DNA of 64,000 nucleotides from an uncultured Coriobacteriia bacterium. GTDB taxonomy: Bacteria; Actinomycetota; Coriobacteriia; Coriobacteriales; QAMH01. A program made the position numbers and the translations under genes. The stretch spans positions 2,441-66,440 of the forward strand of contig CAUHSG010000010.1 of the NCBI GenBank assembly GCA_959608885.1, written 5' to 3'. Numbering within the stretch: the first letter of the stretch is position 1; each line of letters starts with the position of its first letter. The notes under the pieces are model-generated. The model was not told where the DNA came from. It made no database searches and was given only the letters and a program-made list of their open reading frames with translations. Of this stretch, positions 9,424-18,664 are shown in pieces.

Positions 9424-9999
9424 CTAGGCGTTGATAATCGGCCTGATGATGCCGTAGCCGCCATTCTTGCGATGGTAGATGACCTGAATCTGGTGTGCGT
9501 CCTGGTCGAAGTAGACGAAGAAGTCGTGGCCGAGCAGGTCGGTCTGCACGAGCGCATGCTCCTCGGTCATCGGCTCCATCTCGACTTCCTTCAAACGCAC
9601 AAGCAAATCGTCGTCCTCTTCGGGCTCGGTCGGGATGACATCGGGGATATCGAGCTCATCGGGCTGGAGATGGCGAATGCTACCCCTGCCACCACGACGC
9701 TCCACGATCCTCGTCTTGTACTTGCGCAGCTGACGGGCGACCTTGTCGGACGCCAGGTCGATGGCCGCGTACATGTCCTCCGCGGACTCGGCCACGCGAA
9801 TGACGGCACCCTTGGCGTTGACCGTGACCTCGCAAATGGCGTTGAGCGAAATCGCCGGGTTCTTCTCGGTGCGCAGCACAACCTCTGCGTCCATGGCGGC
9901 GCTGTCGAAGACCTCGAGCGAGCGGCCAATCTTCTCGTCGACATAATCCCTGATGGCGGGCGTAACGTTCATCTTACGTCCCGAAACTGTGATAGCCAT
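9424..9999 (-). CDS. hpf: ribosome hibernation promoting factor (long HPF)
   Basis: MAITVSGRKMNVTPAIRDYVDEKI start, long-form C-terminal domain, and a GGAGG RBS upstream. Confidence 0.9.
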   Translation of the reverse strand: MAITVSGRKMNVTPAIRDYVDEKIGRSLEVFDSAAMDAEVVLRTEKNPAISLNAICEVTVNAKGAVIRVAESAEDMYAAIDLASDKVARQLRKYKTRIVERRGGRGSIRHLQPDELDIPDVIPTEPEEDDDLLVRLKEVEMEPMTEEHALVQTDLLGHDFFVYFDQDAHQIQVIYHRKNGGYGIIRPIINA

Positions 10000-10032
10000 G
10001 ATGAAACCTCCTTGATCGTGGGCTGATACGTC

Positions 10033-11034
10033 TTATTCGTCGCCGGCTTGCTGACCCGCATCCTCCTCACCTGAGTCTTCCGGCGTGTCGGAATTCGGTT
10101 CGTCCGGGTTTGCCTGACCCTGCTGATCGCCGGCACCAAACGCCTTTGCCGGCAATGTTGCCAGGTCGGTCTTGCCCGCAAGCAGCGTATCCCCATCGGA
10201 ACCAAGCCACTTGGTCGCGATAACGCGCATGACACCATTCGCGTTAATCGTCTTGACGGCGGCATTGACCCCGCTGGAAAGCGCGGAGTTTTGCGTGAGG
10301 GTTACGGCGTAGATGGGCGTGACGCAATCGGCACCCAGAAAGCCCATGCGGATGATGTTCTCGTAGTTGCGTGCGAAGTAGTCACCGAGAACCGCATCGG
10401 TGACGAGGAACTTCTGCTCGCCATCGTTGAGCGCGTCGAACGCATCCTGCATAGTGGGCATGGCAACGACCTTATCGATGCCGAGAAGCTCCTGCACCTT
10501 GCTCGCCGCGGTCGTGTCTGCCTGCACGAGCACCTTGGCAGTGCCGGCATTGGCCTGTGCGGCAACGTCCTCGATGGAAACGGGCTTGTTGGTGCTCAGG
10601 CAGAAGAGCGAGAGACCATCAGTAAGGTAGGAGTCGCTATAGGAGACAAGGTCGCCCGTACCGGACTTGGTGAGCCCGAGCGCGACATCGACCTGCTTGT
10701 TGCTGAGGGCGAAGCGACCACTCGACCCCACATCGACGATCTGCATGCGCAGTCCAAGTTCCTGGGCGATGGCCGCGGCGACATCGACATCGATGCCAAC
10801 GGTCTGGTTGCTCGAATTGGTGCCACCGTACGGCGAGTTGCTCGCGTTGATGCCAACGGTGAGCACTCCCTCGGTGATGGTCGCCGAAGCATCGAGCTTG
10901 GGCGACAGATTGCTCTCAACCTGGGTATTGGTTTGGAGCTGGCATGCCGACAGGCCCATCACGGCAAACATGCAGGCAACGAGCGCCACGACGACTGCGG
11001 ATATTCCCTTGTGTTTGATTTGCTTTGCGAACAT
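10033..11034 (-). CDS. ABC transporter substrate-binding lipoprotein (amino-acid/SBP_bac_3-like) with acidic C-terminal tail
   Basis: I chose start MFAKQIKHKG. Lipobox-like GLSAC, then LTVGINASNSPYGG..QIVDVGSSGRF. The tail is D/E/Q-rich. Confidence 0.75.
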   Translation of the reverse strand: MFAKQIKHKGISAVVVALVACMFAVMGLSACQLQTNTQVESNLSPKLDASATITEGVLTVGINASNSPYGGTNSSNQTVGIDVDVAAAIAQELGLRMQIVDVGSSGRFALSNKQVDVALGLTKSGTGDLVSYSDSYLTDGLSLFCLSTNKPVSIEDVAAQANAGTAKVLVQADTTAASKVQELLGIDKVVAMPTMQDAFDALNDGEQKFLVTDAVLGDYFARNYENIIRMGFLGADCVTPIYAVTLTQNSALSSGVNAAVKTINANGVMRVIATKWLGSDGDTLLAGKTDLATLPAKAFGAGDQQGQANPDEPNSDTPEDSGEEDAGQQAGDE

Positions 11035-11347
11035 CTTGCTCCGTTTGTCATGTGCCAGTGGAAGCGCTCCTCCCAACTGACCTGGTTTTTGACCCCACAC
11101 TCGCATACAGAAACTTTTGCCTGATACTATCTCACTACTCATTTTCTCGCCCGGGACACCGTATGTGACCTTAACGGACGGTACGTCTTACCCCTAAGAT
11201 GCGCCATGCTCGCGACCAGGAAACCCTGCCCGTTTACGTGGATCCTTTCGACCGCATCTGCCTTGGACTAGAACTGTTTTACCAGCTCGCAACCACAGAC
11301 TTGGGAGGAGCGAGTCTAGTGTATCACGCGGCAGATAATCGCGTGCG

Positions 11348-13636
11348 CTAGATTCTCCTCAAAACGAAGCAATGGTGGACCTTGGCATGTCGCTCGAAAT
11401 CCAAGGGTATGGTCTTGTCGGTGATGTTCACGACCTGCACGCCCGCACGTTCGATCGTCTCGCGGTCGAGCTTGAATCCACGTAGATTACACGAGAACAC
11501 CGCAGCACCCCCACGTGTCAGCAAGCGGCTCACGCCGATGAGCAGCTCGGCGTGGTCGCGCTGGACATCCCAGCCACGTTGGCGCATCTTCGCGGAGTTC
11601 GAGAAGGTGGGCGGATCGACGAAGATGAGGTCCCAGCGCATCTTCGTATGACGCGTCTGCTGGACCCACTCGACGCAATCGGCGCGCACGAACTCCTGAT
11701 GCCCGTTCATGAGACCGTTGAGTTCCATGTTGCGCTCGCCCCATTGCAGGTAGGTGTTCGAGAGGTCCACGCTCGTCGTGAACTTCGCCCCGCGCGCAGC
11801 GGCGTAGACGCTCGCCGTGCAGGTGTAGGCGAAGAGGTTGAGGAAGCTCTTGCCCGCGGCAAGCTTGCCGACGAGCTCGCGCGTATCACGATGGTCGAGG
11901 AAGAGCCCTGTGTCGAGATAGCTCGCGAGGTCGACTTCGAACAGCAGGCCGTTCTCCTGCGTGACGAGATGCCCGACCGGGCTGGATGAGTCAGACTGGT
12001 CAGCCCAGAAATCTGTCGCCGGGGCTGTTTTGTCGGGTGTTTTGACAGGCATCTTGGAACCAGACAAAACTGCCCCGGCGACTTTTGTCTGGTTCGCGTA
12101 TTGCGAGCCACCTTTGGCGCGCACGCGGCGCTTCACGAAGACGTCGTCTGCGGAAACGCCGAGTACGACGCTTGCGATGTTGAGGGCATCGGTCATGCGA
12201 CGAGCAGCCTTGCCGGCATCGATGCTCTTGGGAGGCGCGTACTCGGCGACATGCACGAGCCACCTGCCCGCATCCTTGCCCGCCCCTTCATAGAGGTCGA
12301 TGGCCATGTTGTAATCGGGCAAATCGGCATCGTATACACGGTAGGCCGAGACCTTGTTCTTGGCGGCCCATTTACGACGCTGCTTGTAGACCTTGTTGAG
12401 ACGGTCGGCGAATTGCTGGGAACCCGCATCGTAAACGGCGATGTCGCAATCTCGCACGTTCACCTGCGCGCGACGCCCCGCATCACCATGCAGGTCGAAG
12501 AGCGCGATTTCGCAAGAAGCGGAACCGTTCATGCATGCGAAGCCCTCGCTGCGCTCCATGCCCAGGTACGCATCGGCATCTTTGCCACCCACAAGCATGA
12601 CAGCGCAATCGAGCTGCTCGCATCCGAGAAGCTGTCGCGCAAGCTGCGCATAGCTTGCGGGCAAGATCGCCTCGGGGACCTCCGTGCCAACAAAAAGACA
12701 GCTCGCAAACATACCGCGTGTATCGGCGTGACGAGCAAGAGCGTCATCCAGGGCATCCTGGCTCGGCGCGAACTCGATGAGCGAAGCAACGGCAGCGGCC
12801 CTAGCACGCGCTTGCGCACAGGCTATCTCGCGATCGCGATCATCCGTTGCGTATATCACGACCTCTTTCGAACCTTCCTGGGCTCGCATGTCAGCCGCAT
12901 CGAGCACGTCGGTCCACAGCTTCTCGTCATGCCCAGACCAGCTGGTGAATCCCCAGCTAGAACGCATGATACCAGGTGCCCTATCACCGGCTATCAGCGC
13001 CGCCTCGATGGCAAGCGTACCCGCGGCGCACATGCTATCTACGAGCAGCTCGCCATGGCGCGCACGCTCGGGCCAACCCGCCGCAAGCAACATGGCCGCC
13101 GCAAGCGTCTCGTGTATGAAGGGAGAGGTGCTCCGCATGGCATCACGATACCCGCGGTCCTCGAGCGAGGTACCCGAGAGGTCGATGTAGATGGTTGCGC
13201 GCCTGGCATGCAGGTTCACCTGGATGCGCAGATCGGGATGCTGCGTATCAACATCGGGGCGTACGCCACGAAGCTCGCGCAAGCGGTCGCAGACGGCGTC
13301 CTTCACGCGTAGCGCTGTAAAGCGCGTGTCTCGAAGCTCGTCATTCGCCCCTCGGGCGCTTACGGCGATGGTCGCGTCCGGGGCGACATGCTCTTCCCAG
13401 GCGATGCCACGCACGCCAACATAGAGGCTGTCGGAATCCCTCGCCTCGACACGCCCGACTACCAACAGGATGCGGCTCGCAACGCGTGACCACAACAGCG
13501 CCGTGTACGCCTGCTCTAACCCAGCCTTAAACGCGACGCCGCCGGTCAGAGGACGAACCTCGTCCATCCCCAGCTCGCGCAGCTCCTGGCCAAGAACCGC
13601 CTCGAGCCCCGTGCCACATGTCGCAAAGAGCTCCAT
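11348..13636 (-). CDS. rlmL: fused 23S rRNA methyltransferase RlmKL-like (THUMP + two SAM-MTase modules)
   Basis: N-terminus MELFATCGTGLEAVLGQELRELG..(THUMP), DSMCAAGTLAIEAAL, and C-terminal MTase motif IFVDPPTFSNS. The inter-domain linker is encoded by REP doublet 12004-12094. Confidence 0.85.
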   Translation of the reverse strand: MELFATCGTGLEAVLGQELRELGMDEVRPLTGGVAFKAGLEQAYTALLWSRVASRILLVVGRVEARDSDSLYVGVRGIAWEEHVAPDATIAVSARGANDELRDTRFTALRVKDAVCDRLRELRGVRPDVDTQHPDLRIQVNLHARRATIYIDLSGTSLEDRGYRDAMRSTSPFIHETLAAAMLLAAGWPERARHGELLVDSMCAAGTLAIEAALIAGDRAPGIMRSSWGFTSWSGHDEKLWTDVLDAADMRAQEGSKEVVIYATDDRDREIACAQARARAAAVASLIEFAPSQDALDDALARHADTRGMFASCLFVGTEVPEAILPASYAQLARQLLGCEQLDCAVMLVGGKDADAYLGMERSEGFACMNGSASCEIALFDLHGDAGRRAQVNVRDCDIAVYDAGSQQFADRLNKVYKQRRKWAAKNKVSAYRVYDADLPDYNMAIDLYEGAGKDAGRWLVHVAEYAPPKSIDAGKAARRMTDALNIASVVLGVSADDVFVKRRVRAKGGSQYANQTKVAGAVLSGSKMPVKTPDKTAPATDFWADQSDSSSPVGHLVTQENGLLFEVDLASYLDTGLFLDHRDTRELVGKLAAGKSFLNLFAYTCTASVYAAARGAKFTTSVDLSNTYLQWGERNMELNGLMNGHQEFVRADCVEWVQQTRHTKMRWDLIFVDPPTFSNSAKMRQRGWDVQRDHAELLIGVSRLLTRGGAAVFSCNLRGFKLDRETIERAGVQVVNITDKTIPLDFERHAKVHHCFVLRRI
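12004..12094. repeat. REP doublet (REPIN-like; copy B 12004-12037 degenerate, copy A 12058-12094) inside the rlmKL ORF
   Basis: CCCAGAAATCTGTCGCCGGGGCTGTTTTGTCGGG, a 20-nt spacer, then AACCAGACAAAACTGCCCCGGCGACTTTTGTCTGGTT. It is translated as QTKVAGAVLSGSKMPVKTPDKTAPATDFW. Confidence 0.85.
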
Positions 13637-13651
13637 GACAATCCGCTCCGC

Positions 13652-14707
13652 TTAGTTTTTCGAGAAGAAGCCGTCGATGGGCGGCGGACTTCCGTGCGAA
13701 CGGCCGGATGAACCCGGCGCGTCGTTATCATCGAAATAGTCCGAAGCGCCGAAGAATTCGTCGAGTCGCTCGCAGCGCTCGTTGAAACCGTCAGCTAACG
13801 CCCAGTCCAGGCCGTAATCGGCGCACGTCTGCTCGTCTTCGTAGAGCAGGGCGAGCGCCTGGATGTTCATTTCCTCCCCGCCAACGGCCTGCAACAGCTC
13901 ATAAAGCTGGTAAGCGGTCTCGGTCATGGGGATGGTCACCTCAAGCTCCTCGGCAGTATCGAGCGCCACGTCGAGCATGTCGAGAAAGGCAGCGATGTTG
14001 ATGCGTCCCGTGTAATCGTGCCCGAGCACCTGCGGGATGTAGTCGACAAGCGCTCGCGAGCCACCCGAGGTCGATGCGAGCACGTTGAGCGCGTTCTTCT
14101 CGGGAAAACCCGCGATGTGCGCAAGCGAAATCGCCTCGATGGCGCCCATGAGCGAGCCGGCGAGCGCGATGATGCTGACCATCGCCGCGAACTGCCCGTC
14201 ACCCGCCGTCTCCTGCGGCATGACGATGGGCGCGAGAAACGGGAACAGCGGCGAGAGCGTGTTCTTCGTCTGTGGATCCCCGCCCACGAATACGACGGCG
14301 CCCTCGCGCTCGCCCACGCAGACAATGGGAGCGTCGAGCACCTCGATGTCGGAGACGGCGGCAACCGCCTGAATCTCGCGCGCGAGACGCGGGCTCGATA
14401 CGCTCAGATCGATGCAGAACGTGCCAGGATCCATGAGCTCGAGCAGTCCCTCGTCACCCAAGTACAGGTTCTCGACATCGGCGGTGGTGTGCAGCGAGGT
14501 GATGACAACCTGGCTGCCGAGCAAGGCCTCCATGCGATCGTCGATGAAGGTCGCGCCCACTTCGCGCAGGGCCGGAGCTTCGCGCGGATCGTGACTTGCA
14601 ACGACGACATCGAAGCCGGTAATCTTGAGCTTGGCAATCGCCTCGATGACGGCGGGCTGCGCCGCTCCGCCAAAGAACGCGATGCGTGTGTCGAGCGGGC
14701 TGATCAT
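13652..14707 (-). CDS. beta-hydroxyacid dehydrogenase (HIBADH/6PGDH-like) family protein with degenerate NAD motif and C-terminal extension
   Basis: Overall NAD_binding_2-like layout (..VVITSLHTTADVENLY.., ..LDAPI..GG..). The N-terminal glycine motif reads IAFFGGAAQPAV rather than GxGxxG. Confidence 0.55.
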   Translation of the reverse strand: MISPLDTRIAFFGGAAQPAVIEAIAKLKITGFDVVVASHDPREAPALREVGATFIDDRMEALLGSQVVITSLHTTADVENLYLGDEGLLELMDPGTFCIDLSVSSPRLAREIQAVAAVSDIEVLDAPIVCVGEREGAVVFVGGDPQTKNTLSPLFPFLAPIVMPQETAGDGQFAAMVSIIALAGSLMGAIEAISLAHIAGFPEKNALNVLASTSGGSRALVDYIPQVLGHDYTGRINIAAFLDMLDVALDTAEELEVTIPMTETAYQLYELLQAVGGEEMNIQALALLYEDEQTCADYGLDWALADGFNERCERLDEFFGASDYFDDNDAPGSSGRSHGSPPPIDGFFSKN

Positions 14708-14710
14708 CGA

Positions 14711-15652
14711 CTACTCCCCACTGTTGATCTTGTTGGCGATACGGTCGGCAATGGAGATCTTCTCGCGACGATCGTCGCCCCAGAACACGACGGCGACCAT
14801 GCCCGGGCCGACATGCGATCCGATGACGGGGCCAATCTGGCTGCGGATGGCGGGGATGGCGCCCTCGGGACGATCGAGATGCTCCTCGACCCACTTGACG
14901 TCACCTTCCGCATCTGCGGAAGCCGTGAGCACGACGCCGTTTGACCCGTGGTCATCGGCATGGTTTTCGTCATAGCACTTCACCAACGCCTTGAGGGACT
15001 TCTTGCGACCACGGGCGACACCGGTGAGGGAAAGGGCACCATCGAGGTCGAAGTCGAGTAGCGGCTTGATGTTGAGCTTAGCGCCGATGGTCGCCGCAGC
15101 CGCGGGAATGCGGCCACCGCGACGCAGGTATTCGAGCTCGTCAACCGTGAACAGGCAGTTCACGAACCAACGGGCCTCCTCGGCCCACGCCGCGAGCTGC
15201 TTGGCCGTAAGACCGCGATTGCGCTGGTTGATGGCTTCGTAGGCAAGCAGGCCCTCAGCAATCGAGGCAAGCTTGGTATCGATCACGTATATCTCGAAGT
15301 CGGGATATTGCTCCCTGATATCACCGACGACCTGCTCGACAAGGCCGAAGGTACCCGAAAGCGCGGAGCTAAAGCCGAGGTACACCGTCGGGGTGCCCTC
15401 CTTGGCGTAGGCTTCGAAGCGCTCGGTGATCTCTGAGACGGGAACCTGAGCCGTTCCCGAGACCTCGCCCTTGCGCATGCGGTCGTAGAACTCCTTGGCG
15501 GTCATGCTCTTCCACATGTCGTCGAAGTGCTCGCCATCGTTCATGTTGAACGGGAACTCGAGGAGGTCGACCTTGGCGTTATCGATAACCTCGGCGGGAA
15601 GGTCGCAGCACGAGTCGAGAACCAGGCGGCATTGAATCTTGTCTTCTGTCAT
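14711..15652 (-). CDS. DegV family fatty-acid-binding protein
   Basis: LVLDSCCDLPAEV start region and IGPVIGSHVGPG near the C-terminus are typical of DegV. Confidence 0.85.
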   Translation of the reverse strand: MTEDKIQCRLVLDSCCDLPAEVIDNAKVDLLEFPFNMNDGEHFDDMWKSMTAKEFYDRMRKGEVSGTAQVPVSEITERFEAYAKEGTPTVYLGFSSALSGTFGLVEQVVGDIREQYPDFEIYVIDTKLASIAEGLLAYEAINQRNRGLTAKQLAAWAEEARWFVNCLFTVDELEYLRRGGRIPAAAATIGAKLNIKPLLDFDLDGALSLTGVARGRKKSLKALVKCYDENHADDHGSNGVVLTASADAEGDVKWVEEHLDRPEGAIPAIRSQIGPVIGSHVGPGMVAVVFWGDDRREKISIADRIANKINSGE

Positions 15653-15698
15653 CGGATGTCTCCTTATCGTCTACGGACGCATCTTCACGTGCCGTGTC

Positions 15699-17159
15699 CT
15701 AATCATACAGCGAGCTGTTCTTACCCGTCATGATTACGAGATCATCACGCTTCTTGAATAGCGTGCGCTCGATACCGCACGGATACTCATGCGGGTTCAT
15801 GAAGCGCTTGATCGAGTCATCCAGGCAGGCGAGCTGTTGGGTGCATCGCGCGCGGGCGGTGCGTGCGGAAAGATCGACATCCTCCAACTTGCCGGCCTTG
15901 ACCAGGGGCTTGAGAAGCGTCTCGAACTCGCCTTCCATCTTCCTACGTCGCATCGCGTCGAGTGGGTCGACGATGACGGCATCGGCGGGCACGTCGTCGT
16001 TCACGTCGAATATGAGGTCCCCGACGAGCATGCCGTCCCCATTGCGATAGCGACGCACGTCGAGCACGCCGGGAATGGTGCGCTTGTAGAGTTGCTCGGA
16101 TATCTTGAGGCGCGGCGTCCAATCCTCCTGACCCGGCTCGCGAATGGCCGAGAGCTTGTAGACGCCTCCGAGCGCGGGCTGCCCGTAGGCCGCGGCCAGA
16201 TGCGTGCCCACGCCCAGGGCCGTGTACTGGGCACGCTGCTCGTTGAGCGACGTGATCGTGTATTCGTCAAGGTCATTGGAGAGTACGATTCCCACGTCAT
16301 CGAAGCCAGCTTGATTGAGCATTGCACGGGTCATCTTCGAGAGCCATGCCAAGTCACCGGAATCGATGCGAACGGCCTTGAGCTGGTGGCCGTCGCGCTT
16401 GAGTTCCCGCGCAACGGTGATGGCGTTGCTCACACCTTGCTTCACATCATAGGTATCCACGAGCAGAATACAGTTGTCGGGCATGGCCCGGGCATAGGCG
16501 CGGAAAGCCGTCAGCTCATCGGGAAACGACATGACCCACGAATGGGCGTGCGTGCCGCTCACGGGGATATCGTAGAGCTTGCCCGCGAGCACGTTGGCAA
16601 CTGATGCACATCCACCAACATAGGCGGCCCGCGACGAGGAGAGCGCGCCATCTGGTCCCTGAGCGCGGCGCAACCCGAACTCAGAGACGGGACGGCCCTC
16701 GGCCGCCTGACATACGCGAGATGCCTTGGTCGCGATGAGCGTCTGGAAGTTGACGCCGTTGAGGATGGCGGGCTCGAGAAGCTGGCATTGCAGCAGGGGG
16801 CCCGTCACGCGCACGAGCGGTTCACGTGGAAACACGGGAGAGCCTTCGGGAACGATGCAGATGTCGACGGAGAGCTCGACTTCGCGCAGCCACGCGAGAA
16901 AGGCCGGATCGAACAACGGGGCCCCGCCCGGCGATTGCAGCGAGGCAAGGTACTCGATGTCATCATCGGTGAAGCCGAAGCCATCGACGAGCTCGGCAAT
17001 CTGGTTGGCACCGCAGAAGACGCCGTAACCTCCGCCAAAGGGATTGTCGCGATAGAACGAGTAGAAGCACGCCTCAGTATCGAGCTTGCCCTGCGACCAG
17101 TAGCCTTGGGCCATCGTGATCTCGTAGAGATCGGTCAACAACGTCATGTTGCGCGCCAT
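15699..17159 (-). CDS. pncB: nicotinate phosphoribosyltransferase
   Basis: LLTDLYEITMAQGYW N-terminal motif; 486 aa. Confidence 0.9.
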   Translation of the reverse strand: MARNMTLLTDLYEITMAQGYWSQGKLDTEACFYSFYRDNPFGGGYGVFCGANQIAELVDGFGFTDDDIEYLASLQSPGGAPLFDPAFLAWLREVELSVDICIVPEGSPVFPREPLVRVTGPLLQCQLLEPAILNGVNFQTLIATKASRVCQAAEGRPVSEFGLRRAQGPDGALSSSRAAYVGGCASVANVLAGKLYDIPVSGTHAHSWVMSFPDELTAFRAYARAMPDNCILLVDTYDVKQGVSNAITVARELKRDGHQLKAVRIDSGDLAWLSKMTRAMLNQAGFDDVGIVLSNDLDEYTITSLNEQRAQYTALGVGTHLAAAYGQPALGGVYKLSAIREPGQEDWTPRLKISEQLYKRTIPGVLDVRRYRNGDGMLVGDLIFDVNDDVPADAVIVDPLDAMRRRKMEGEFETLLKPLVKAGKLEDVDLSARTARARCTQQLACLDDSIKRFMNPHEYPCGIERTLFKKRDDLVIMTGKNSSLYD

Positions 17160-17182
17160 GTGCCTCTCCCGCCCCGTGCGAA

Positions 17183-18664
17183 TTACTCGCCGGCTTTGCC
17201 CTCGCTCGACTTGCCTGAGCCGTTACCTCCGCCGCCACGATGCCTACGACGACGCGGTTTGCTGCCCGAACCGTTCGAACCACCGTCATGGGACGCGTTT
17301 CCGCTGACTGTCGAGGAATGCTGGCCGGGACGCGGGCGTGATGAGGACTGGCCCTTGCCCTGCGATCCGTCCTTCGACGTGGCATTCTGGCTGCCCTGGC
17401 GACCCTTGTTGCCACCACTGCCGCCGCGACGGCGACGGCTGCGCGAGCGATTGCCGTTATTGCCGCCGGCAGACTGTCCATCCTTGGAATCCGGCGTATC
17501 CTTACGTGCGGAATCGTCATGCTTTATCTCGGTGCCGTCGGTTGCCGACACGGAACGGCGTCGTTTGCGCTCATCGCGCGGCTTGGGAGCCGATGACGAC
17601 GAGGAGCCCCGCTTGCGCGGCTTGCGTCCCGACTCACCCGACTGCTTGCTGCGCGACGTGTCACCCGATGAGTTGCGCCTACGACGGTGCACGCGCTCGA
17701 TGGAGCCTCCTTCGACCGTGGTGTCGGCAAGGTTGGGGTCATCGGAGAAGAGCTTCTCGCCCATCATCGCGAGATTGCTGTCGTTGCTCAGCTCCTCCAT
17801 GATCTTGTCGAAGTTCTCCTGCGAGATATGACAGGGACGTATGCGTTCGCCCTCGCGCGGCACCTTGTCACCCGTGTCGAGCGCCGAGACGGGAAGCGTC
17901 AGGCTCGAGCCGTCTTCCATACGCAGGCGCACGGTTTCGCGCGGGGTGTCGAACTCGACGACCTTGCCCATGCCCGCAGGCGTGTCGATGAGGGCGTTCT
18001 TCTTGGGTGCGCGACCCTTGAAGTCCTTGTACGCCTCGTACTCGTAGCGCAGGCAGCACATGAGCCTGCCGCACAGGCCCGAGATCTTCGTGGGGTTAAG
18101 CGGAAGGTCCTGCTCCTTGGCCATGCGAATGCTCACCGGCTGGAACTCTCCACCCAGACGCGCACAGCACAGCTCCTCGCCGCAGTGACCCAGACCACCG
18201 AGCATGCGCGCCTCATCACGCGGCCCAACCTGGCGCATGTCGACACGCGTATGGAACTCGGATGCCAGATCGCGGACAAGCCCGCGGAAATCGACGCGCT
18301 CCTCCGAGGTGAAGTAGAAGGTCGCATGGGACTCGTCGAACGAGAACTCGACTGCCGACGGACTCATGTCGAGGTGATTCTTCTCGACGAGGTCATGAAA
18401 AACCGCGAGCGCCTCCTGAGCGCGCGTGGCAAGCTCATCCCCCTTCGCGAGGTCTTCCTCGGTCGCGATGCGTATGACGGGCTTGAGCGGCTTGGTGACC
18501 TCGGATTCGTCGACCTCTTCGACATCGTGAGTGCACAGGCCGATCTCGCTACCCTTGCTCGTTTCGACCAGAACATGGTCGCCGACCTTTACGTCGAGGC
18601 CGGCGGGATCGAACCAATAGTCCTGGGACGCGTAGCGAAGTCGAACGGACGCTACTAGTGGCAT
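17183..18664 (-). CDS. PSP1 domain protein (YaaT/RicT-like) with about 200-aa basic low-complexity C-terminal tail
   Basis: PSP1 core (GLGHCGEELCCARLGGEFQPVSIRMAKEQDL, LCGRLMCCLRYE). The tail is rich in R, S, G and N (RRRGGSGGNKGRQGS..RRRRHRGGGGNG). Confidence 0.8.
   Translation of the reverse strand: MPLVASVRLRYASQDYWFDPAGLDVKVGDHVLVETSKGSEIGLCTHDVEEVDESEVTKPLKPVIRIATEEDLAKGDELATRAQEALAVFHDLVEKNHLDMSPSAVEFSFDESHATFYFTSEERVDFRGLVRDLASEFHTRVDMRQVGPRDEARMLGGLGHCGEELCCARLGGEFQPVSIRMAKEQDLPLNPTKISGLCGRLMCCLRYEYEAYKDFKGRAPKKNALIDTPAGMGKVVEFDTPRETVRLRMEDGSSLTLPVSALDTGDKVPREGERIRPCHISQENFDKIMEELSNDSNLAMMGEKLFSDDPNLADTTVEGGSIERVHRRRRNSSGDTSRSKQSGESGRKPRKRGSSSSSAPKPRDERKRRRSVSATDGTEIKHDDSARKDTPDSKDGQSAGGNNGNRSRSRRRRGGSGGNKGRQGSQNATSKDGSQGKGQSSSRPRPGQHSSTVSGNASHDGGSNGSGSKPRRRRHRGGGGNGSGKSSEGKAGE

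Noticed and set aside
11035-11347. ~310-nt untranslated region upstream of the substrate-binding protein gene, as a possible riboswitch or T-box.
   Set aside because: I read the minus strand for T-box, SAM, lysine, glycine, TPP and glutamine riboswitch signatures, and for RNase P and SRP motifs. I recognised none. It remains unexplained but there is no positive evidence.
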